A stretch of 64,000 nt of DNA from an uncultured Ruminococcus sp. (GTDB lineage: Bacteria; Bacillota; Clostridia; Oscillospirales; Ruminococcaceae). A model generated the notes under the pieces. It had not been told where the DNA came from. It saw only the letters and a program-made list of their open reading frames with translations, and did not search any database. Of this stretch, positions 57,915 through 64,000 are shown in pieces. The number at the start of each line of letters is the position of its first letter. The first letter of the stretch is position 1. Location: positions 18,338-82,337 of the forward strand of contig CALANW010000118.1 of the NCBI GenBank assembly GCA_937926145.1. The letters are read 5' to 3'. A program made the translations under genes and the position numbers.

Positions 57915-59663
57915 ATGTATATTGAAAAGATCAACTCTCCAAGTGACGTTAAAAAGCTTGACCACGATGAAAGGATCGCTCTTGCCGCTGAAATGCGTGA
58001 GGCTCTTTTGAAGAGAGCAAGTATTCACGGCGGACACTTCGGCCCTAACTTCGGTATGGTTGAGGCTACTATCGCTCTCCACTACGTTTTCAACTCGCCC
58101 GAGGACAAGATCATCTTCGATGTTTCGCACCAGAGCTACCCTCACAAGATGCTCACGGGCAGAAAGGACGCTTATCTTTACCCCGAAAAATATGACGATG
58201 TTTCGGGCTATACGAACCCAAACGAAAGCGAGCACGACTTCTTCGAGGTAGGTCACACCTCCACTTCGATAAGCCTTGCCTGCGGTACTGCAAAGGCTCG
58301 TGACCTCACGGGCGGCAAGGGCAACGTTATCGCTGTTATCGGCGACGGCTCACTCAGCGGCGGCGAGGCTCTCGAGGGTCTTGACATGGCAGGCGAACTC
58401 AACACGAACCTTATCATCATCATCAACGACAACGATATGTCCATTGCCGAGAACCACGGCGGACTTTACCGCAACCTCAAGGCTCTCCGCGAGGGCAACG
58501 GCAAGGCTGAAACCAACCTTTTCACTGCAATGGGTCTTGACTATGTTTTCGTCAAGGACGGAAACGATATTGACGCGCTCATCAAGGCTTTTGAAAGCGT
58601 TAAGGACACGAAGAAAGCTGTTGCCGTTCACATCGTAACGCAGAAGGGCAAGGGTTATGCTCCTGCCGAAAAGGACAAGGAAAACTGGCACTGGCACATG
58701 CCTTTCAACATTGAAACGGGCGAATGTACTTTCAGCTTTGACGGCGAAGATTACGGCGCAATGACCGCTGATTATCTCCTTGACAAGATGAAGAAAGACC
58801 CTGCCGTTGTTGCTCTCACAGCAGGCACTCCGACCGTTATGGGCTTCACAAAGGACAAGCGTGAACTCGCAGAAAAGCAGTTTGTCGATGTCGGCATCGC
58901 AGAAGAAAACGCAGTTGCAATGAGCTCCGCACTCGCAAAGTTCGGCGCAAAGCCCGTTTTCGGCGTTTACAGTCCGTTCCTCCAGCGCACCTACGACCAG
59001 ATCTCACATGATGTCTGCATCAACAGGAACGCTGCAACATTTGTCGTTTTCTCTGCCTCCGTATGGGGTATGAATGACGTTACCCACCTTGGACTTTACG
59101 ATATCCCGATGATATCGAATATCCCAGAGCTTGTTTACCTCGCACCGACCTGTGCAGAGGAATACTTTGCAATGCTCGACTGGGCAATTGAGCAGAACGA
59201 GCGTCCCGTTGCGATCCGTGTTCCCTGCAACGGCGTTACCCACTCGGACAGAAAGTTCCCGACCGATTACAGCGCGCTTTCTTCCGAGGTCGTTGCAAAG
59301 GGCAGCAAGGCAGCTATCATCGCACTCGGCGACTTCTATCAGCTTGGTGAAGAAACTGCAGCTATCCTCAAAGAAAGCGGCATAAATGCAACTCTCGTTA
59401 ACGCACGTTATGCAAGCGGAGTTGACGCAAAGCTTCTTGACGAGCTGAAAAAGGATCACTCGCTCGTTGTTACTCTCGAAGACGGCTCGCTTGAGGGCGG
59501 CTTCGGCGGCAAGGTAGCATCATACCTCGGTGATTCGGGTGTCAAGGTCAAGAATTTCGGCATCACGAAGTCGTTCTACGACCGCTACACCCCCGATGAA
59601 CTTCTTGAAAAGCTTGGCGTTACACCTAAGAACATTGCGGAATACATCATTAACAATGCGTGA
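57915..59663 (+). CDS. dxs: 1-deoxy-D-xylulose-5-phosphate synthase-like transketolase-family enzyme
   Basis: Start at MYIEKINSP. Motifs: GGHFGPNFG, DVSHQSYPHKMLTGR, GHTSTSISLACG, VIGDGSLSGGEALEGL. Confidence 0.8.
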   Translation: MYIEKINSPSDVKKLDHDERIALAAEMREALLKRASIHGGHFGPNFGMVEATIALHYVFNSPEDKIIFDVSHQSYPHKMLTGRKDAYLYPEKYDDVSGYTNPNESEHDFFEVGHTSTSISLACGTAKARDLTGGKGNVIAVIGDGSLSGGEALEGLDMAGELNTNLIIIINDNDMSIAENHGGLYRNLKALREGNGKAETNLFTAMGLDYVFVKDGNDIDALIKAFESVKDTKKAVAVHIVTQKGKGYAPAEKDKENWHWHMPFNIETGECTFSFDGEDYGAMTADYLLDKMKKDPAVVALTAGTPTVMGFTKDKRELAEKQFVDVGIAEENAVAMSSALAKFGAKPVFGVYSPFLQRTYDQISHDVCINRNAATFVVFSASVWGMNDVTHLGLYDIPMISNIPELVYLAPTCAEEYFAMLDWAIEQNERPVAIRVPCNGVTHSDRKFPTDYSALSSEVVAKGSKAAIIALGDFYQLGEETAAILKESGINATLVNARYASGVDAKLLDELKKDHSLVVTLEDGSLEGGFGGKVASYLGDSGVKVKNFGITKSFYDRYTPDELLEKLGVTPKNIAEYIINNA

Positions 59664-59673
59664 TACGCATTGT

Positions 59674-60096
59674 TAAATTCGGAATTCGGAATGCGGAATT
59701 CGAAATTATTTTGCTCCGTAAATTTATGGCGAGAACCGATTTTCCGTAGGGGCGGATTCTATATCCGCCCGATAAACGCACGATTTTGTTCCGCAAAACG
59801 GAATGTAAAGGACGTTTTTCCAGTTCCGCGCCGCAAGGCGTTTATACAATAAAAACAACCCTGTTTCAATGGCTTTTAACCGATGAAACAGAGTTGTTTT
59901 GTTATGCGGTAAACCATACCGAAATATATGCACCGAAAAATCGCTGGCGCGATTCGGGACGGGCAACCCGTCCCCTACAGAAAATGCGCCCAAATATAGA
60001 TTTTGCATCGGTCGGATATGGAATCCGACCCTACGATTTACGGCAATTTGCGGAGCAAAAATAATTCCGAATTCCGAATTCATAATTCCGAATTTA
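59674..60096. repeat. mosaic intergenic repeat locus G
   Basis: Left array at 59674-59708 and right array at 60059-60096. GTAG-headed palindromes at 59746-59770 (+), 59956-59978 (-) and 60010-60034 (-). Terminator hairpin at 59852-59900. Confidence 0.85.
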
Positions 60097-60099
60097 ATA

Positions 60100-61332
60100 T
60101 CAGTAGTCTATTATAAACACAAGAATCCTATACTGCGAATAATAGTCTGTCCAGCTGACATTGAGTTTGACGTTCATCTCGGAACTTATGTCGGCTATCC
60201 TGCCTTTGAGGTAATCTCCCCCGCTGCTTGCGCTGTCCATCATCTGCCGAACGGTCGAAAGCATCATATTGTTCGTGCTGAACTTTACCGAAGCGGTGTG
60301 TTTGCCCTCGGATATTGCTTTTCGCAGGGCGTTTTCTATCGTCTGCTCGGTCGCTTCCTCGCTTTCGACATACAGTCCCTCTTTGATGAAGTAGTTCTCC
60401 GTTGTACCGTATGCTTTCGGCGGAGGCGAGATTATCGTCCATATCGTGTGGTTGTTCTCTATGACCGAATCGGTGACGAGAAAATACTGATACATCACCA
60501 TATCGGGATACATTTCGGCGATCATTCCGTCGGGTTTATCCCATGTCACATCGACGTGATACCAGTTTCCGTCGATCTTGACCATATTCCACATATGGGC
60601 GGTATCCGTTTCGCCAGTGACGATGATATTCTCTATCCCAGCTTTATTGCAGAGGTAGGAAAAGCTCTTCGCATAGCCTTCGCAGAGCGCCTTTCCCCTT
60701 ACGAGCGCACCATAGATAGTGTTCGCATAGACATCTTCTGAGTCGCTATCGCAATGGGTGATAAGGTAATCGTGGAAATATTTCAGCTTATCATAGGTCG
60801 TCATTTCGTCGGTGACACCGCTCATTATCTCATTTGCGGCTGCTTCCGCGGCTCGGTTCATATTGCTCATTTCCTCGCAGGAAAAGCGATAGGTGAACTC
60901 AACGGGAAAGTGCTGGGTTTCGGTATCGAAATTGCCGACCTTTCTGTCTGAAACATTGCCGAAGCCCATTTGCTCAACTCCGATAAGATTCAGGATCTTT
61001 GTATAGGTCACGCCGTCCGATTCCATAGGCACGGACGGTTCTTCGTTGCCAATAGCTTCAACGAGCGAATTATATATTTTCTTTTCATCGGAGGAAAGGA
61101 AATTCTGTCCGTACACCGTTTCCATATCCTCGGGAAAATAGATAAGGCTGTTGCGGACAACTGACGATGAATCTTCGATAAGTATCGAAGTTCCGCCCTC
61201 TATCATGTGATAGCTGCCGTTATAGGTCATATCCTCTGTCGGGTCTTTTTCCGAACCGCACGAGGAAAAAGCCATAGTTACCGTTATTGCCGCTGCGGCA
61301 GCTGCGCAGCGCTTCGGTATAAGTTTACGCAA
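60100..61332 (-). CDS. transglutaminase-like (papain-fold) lipoprotein, paralogue 1
   Basis: Lipobox MAFSSCG. Cys-His-Asp core: KALCEGYAKSFSYLC, HMWNMVKIDGNWYHVDVTWD. Confidence 0.8.
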   Translation of the reverse strand: MRKLIPKRCAAAAAAITVTMAFSSCGSEKDPTEDMTYNGSYHMIEGGTSILIEDSSSVVRNSLIYFPEDMETVYGQNFLSSDEKKIYNSLVEAIGNEEPSVPMESDGVTYTKILNLIGVEQMGFGNVSDRKVGNFDTETQHFPVEFTYRFSCEEMSNMNRAAEAAANEIMSGVTDEMTTYDKLKYFHDYLITHCDSDSEDVYANTIYGALVRGKALCEGYAKSFSYLCNKAGIENIIVTGETDTAHMWNMVKIDGNWYHVDVTWDKPDGMIAEMYPDMVMYQYFLVTDSVIENNHTIWTIISPPPKAYGTTENYFIKEGLYVESEEATEQTIENALRKAISEGKHTASVKFSTNNMMLSTVRQMMDSASSGGDYLKGRIADISSEMNVKLNVSWTDYYSQYRILVFIIDY

Positions 61333-61375
61333 GGTGATTTACCTCCAAAGCCTTTCAAAACAATGGATAAAGGAT

Positions 61376-62896
61376 TCAGCTGTTATCATTGCTGAGATAC
61401 TGAAGGAAAAGCTTTATAACTCTTGTCTTTGGGTCACTGTGATACTGTATAGAGTTCAGGTTGTATTTATTTTCCGCCGAATCGTAGGTGTTTTCATAGA
61501 TGTCGATAGCGTGGCGCTGTTCGGGGTCGAAAAGATAGAAGATAACGTCCTCGAAAGTCGTATCGTCTGCACAGGCGAACTGGACTGCGGGTATTTTCGC
61601 CGCCGAAGCCTTTATGATCTCCTCTGCGATAAGTGCTGCCGCATCGGGAACATCTCTCGCAATGAGGTTGTTATAAACGAAGTAGTTGTACTTTTCGGAA
61701 GTCGCCTTTGGGTAGTCGAACGGCTGGTCGTAAAGGACGTGATACTTGTTTATTATATCGTCCGTAACGCAGAAATAGTCGTATCTTATGTATGGGAATT
61801 CGGTGTTCGTTGCATTGCCCGAGGTTACGTCAACGTGATACCAGTTCCCGTCTATCTTGACCATATTCCACATATGCGGAGTTTCGTTGAAGTCGCCGAG
61901 GGTCGTAATGGTTTCGATGCCGACCTTTGAGCAGAGGTAGGAAAATGCTCTTGCATATCCTCCGCATACTGTCGATTTTTCGACGAGTGCACCGTAGATA
62001 TCGCGGAGATTTTCGGCATTTTCGTTGTATTCGACCTCGGAAGCGAGCTTATCGTAGAAAAACTTCACTATCTCATATTCCGACATTCCGTCCCAAAGCT
62101 CGGAGATGATCTTATCCGCAGCGGCATCGACCTTTTTCTGCATATCATCGACCTGCTCGGAGGTGTAGAGGTAGGAAAGCTGCGCAGAAACGACATTTCC
62201 CGTGTTTGAAGCGCTTGTATAACGGATATTTACGTCAAGATCAAAGATGCTGTATTCAAAGTCATATATAAGCTGATAAAGTTCGACATATTCATCACCC
62301 GAGATCTTAACTCCGTCTGGGATATCGAATCTGTCCTTATGCGCCTTGATCGCTGTGAGCATAGCGTCATAGGCGGCTTTTTTGTTGCTGTCGAGAGTGT
62401 TATAAGGATAAGCTTTTTTTATGGGCGAACCCTTGACGAAGACATACTCCCCGTCTGCGCGCTTTACGGGCGCTGCCGTGATTACGGTTTCGGTCGTGAC
62501 GAGCGTCGTTGTTTCAGAGGAAGTTACGGTCGTACCCGTTGTCGGGACGGTCGTAGCGGCAGGTGATGCGCTTTCCGAAAACACCGTCGTATCAGGTGCA
62601 GTCGTTACCGATGATACAGGTGAAAAGGACGATCTTTCTTCCGATGTTTCGGGCGGAGCGGTCGTTGTTGCAAGCTCCGTGCTTTTCTCCGTTGTCGTCG
62701 TTGTTTCGGGAACGGATATCGAAATCGGCGGATTGGTTTCCGCTTCGATAACGGAAACTTCCTTTTCGGGCTCGGTCGTAATGGCAGAGGGAAGCGTATC
62801 TTCCCAGTCGGCATCACTGCCCCCTCCGCAGCCCGAAAGCATGAGCGCAGCCGCAAGCAGGGCGGCTATGAACGCGCTGACTTTATTTTTATTCAT
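61376..62896 (-). CDS. transglutaminase-like lipoprotein, paralogue 2, with long Thr/Ser/Pro linker
   Basis: Lipobox LMLSGCG, a T/S/P-rich linker of about 110 aa, and the core STVCGGYARAFSYLC, HMWNMVKIDGNWYHVDVT. Confidence 0.8.
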   Translation of the reverse strand: MNKNKVSAFIAALLAAALMLSGCGGGSDADWEDTLPSAITTEPEKEVSVIEAETNPPISISVPETTTTTEKSTELATTTAPPETSEERSSFSPVSSVTTAPDTTVFSESASPAATTVPTTGTTVTSSETTTLVTTETVITAAPVKRADGEYVFVKGSPIKKAYPYNTLDSNKKAAYDAMLTAIKAHKDRFDIPDGVKISGDEYVELYQLIYDFEYSIFDLDVNIRYTSASNTGNVVSAQLSYLYTSEQVDDMQKKVDAAADKIISELWDGMSEYEIVKFFYDKLASEVEYNENAENLRDIYGALVEKSTVCGGYARAFSYLCSKVGIETITTLGDFNETPHMWNMVKIDGNWYHVDVTSGNATNTEFPYIRYDYFCVTDDIINKYHVLYDQPFDYPKATSEKYNYFVYNNLIARDVPDAAALIAEEIIKASAAKIPAVQFACADDTTFEDVIFYLFDPEQRHAIDIYENTYDSAENKYNLNSIQYHSDPKTRVIKLFLQYLSNDNS

Positions 62897-63024
62897 AATA
62901 AACCTACAGTCCTTCCCGGTTCTGGCGTAAAAAATTCACAATAGGGAGGAAAATCAGCCGTTTCGCACCGAATTTCGCCATAATGCGACGATATCGGAGC
63001 AAAATGCGGCATTTTCCGCTGATC

Positions 63025-64000
63025 TTAGAATATCAATGATATATGGATCACATAAAGCGAACTGTTTTCAATATGGTGAGCCGAGCTTATTTTAAGCCCG
63101 TCATTTGCATTCAGTTCCTCGATGATCTCTTTTAGACCCTGCTGATCGTAAAGATACGAACAGACCTCGCTGAAAGCTTCTTCGTTATCGAAGCGTATCT
63201 CCGCTTCTCCGCTGCCGTTTCGGGCGGCTTCCTTTATCGAAGCTGAAAGTCCCGCAAGTCCGTCTGTATAATTATCGAAATAAAGTCCGCTTTTGACGAA
63301 ATAATTTTCACTTCTGTCCGTACATGCCACCGACGGAAGATACTCGGTGTCGGGGAAATGCGAGATGCCGTTTATCTCATCGTCCGATACGAGAAAATAG
63401 TCGTGCCGCAGAAATTTTTCGTTTTCATCTTTAAGGATAGGATCGTCCCATGTGCAGTCAACGTTGTACCACTCGCCATTGCAGACAGCCTTGTTCCAGA
63501 GGTGCGGTTCGCCGTTTTCGTTTGAGCCGCTTACAACGTAGTTTTCGATGCCTGCCGCTGTGCAGAGGTAAGAAAATGCGAACGCATAGCCTTCGCACAT
63601 CGCCGAGCCATCAACGAGCGCGCCGTAAGCAGTGGCGGCGTTGTTTCCGTCCTCGGAGAAAGTGCAGGAAAGGACTATCGCATCGTGTATCGCAAGGAGC
63701 TTTTCATAATCGTCCGTATTCTGACCGAAGCCTGCGATAATTTTGCCTGCTTCAAGGTCGAGCGCAACGCGCATACGGTCGGTCTGCTCTTCGTCATAGC
63801 GATACATAAAATATAACATTCGCTGCCCGTCATCGCAGTAGAATCTGCTGTCGAGCCAGAAGATACGTTCCTGCTGGGTATAAAGAAGAGTGAAAAGCTT
63901 TCGCATTTCATCGCTGTCAAAGCCCTCGGGGAACGGAAATTCATTTTCGCGTCTGTTCACCGCTCCGATCATATCGGAATAGGTTTCCTTTTCCTTATCG
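63025..64000 (-). CDS. transglutaminase-like protein, paralogue 3 (reading frame open to the right window edge; N-terminus probably outside)
   Basis: Core SAMCEGYAFAFSYLC, HLWNKAVCNGEWYNVDCTWD. No stop codon between 63972 and 64000 in frame. Confidence 0.75.
   Translation of the reverse strand, partial: DKEKETYSDMIGAVNRRENEFPFPEGFDSDEMRKLFTLLYTQQERIFWLDSRFYCDDGQRMLYFMYRYDEEQTDRMRVALDLEAGKIIAGFGQNTDDYEKLLAIHDAIVLSCTFSEDGNNAATAYGALVDGSAMCEGYAFAFSYLCTAAGIENYVVSGSNENGEPHLWNKAVCNGEWYNVDCTWDDPILKDENEKFLRHDYFLVSDDEINGISHFPDTEYLPSVACTDRSENYFVKSGLYFDNYTDGLAGLSASIKEAARNGSGEAEIRFDNEEAFSEVCSYLYDQQGLKEIIEELNANDGLKISSAHHIENSSLYVIHISLIF

Noticed and set aside
59651-59675. Hairpin AACAATGCG-tgata-CGCATTGTT that places the dxs stop codon (TGA) in its loop.
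   Set aside because: The 9-bp inverted repeat is real, but it is a single instance with no U-tract and no parallel at other genes. That is insufficient to claim recoding or a regulatory role.
59670-59852. Small ORFs sharing NSEFGMRNSE(L/K).CS.NLWREPI-like peptides. Others are at 45634-45825, 54473-54730 and 59724-60083.
   Set aside because: The shared peptide is simply the translation of the heptamer arrays and sub-terminal repeat modules. Copies differ by indels that break the frame, and there are no RBS or consistent starts. I treat them as non-coding repeats.

Overview
The window is a 64-kb chromosomal segment from a Firmicutes/Clostridia-type genome. The gene content (GH9, CE2, Gram-positive type IV pili, SleC-like spore enzyme) points to a Ruminococcus-like organism, but that assignment is inference only.

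Gene content by region:
- 1-12.3 kb, minus strand: the conserved S10-spc ribosomal protein supercluster, rpsJ through rplO, then secY-adk-map. It has its own S10 promoter and leader, plus an internal spc promoter in front of rplN.
- 12.4-15.3 kb: a low-GC accessory patch with two paralogous lipoproteins and a polytopic membrane protein.
- 15.4-21.3 kb: pfk, a PAS-GGDEF-EAL protein and an OmpR/histidine-kinase pair.
- 21.3-22.4 kb: no annotated-size ORFs. It holds two tandem copies of what looks like a type I toxin-antitoxin module, each a 29-aa hydrophobic peptide gene converging with a roughly 90-nt sRNA at a shared bidirectional terminator.
- 22.4-25.4 kb: a SleC-like peptidoglycan-binding gene set.
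- 25.5-40.3 kb: a complete Gram-positive type IV pilus locus. It contains two pilA paralogues, a C39-like peptidase, a pilin-like gene, pilT, pilB, divergent pilD, two minor pilins, an 812-aa PilX/PilK-like protein, pilO-like, pilMN and pilC.
- 40.7-60 kb: housekeeping and carbohydrate genes, namely gdhA, a CE2 esterase, GH9, traX, ybaK/proX, pnuC, galK, an SGNH lipoprotein, ilvBNC, sod, feoB and merR-dxs.
- 60.1-64 kb: three tandem transglutaminase-like proteins; the two with a complete N-terminus are lipoproteins.

The most unusual non-coding signal is a mosaic intergenic repeat family at seven loci between 21 and 60 kb. Inverted arrays of a 7-bp tandem unit (AATKCGG, or the variant AATKCGT) sit directly at, and often supply, the stop codons of flanking genes. 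Inside the arrays are GTAG-headed GC-rich palindromes (REP/REPIN-like) and near-identical terminator hairpins.

I recognised no rRNA, tRNA, CRISPR array, transposase or integrase gene.
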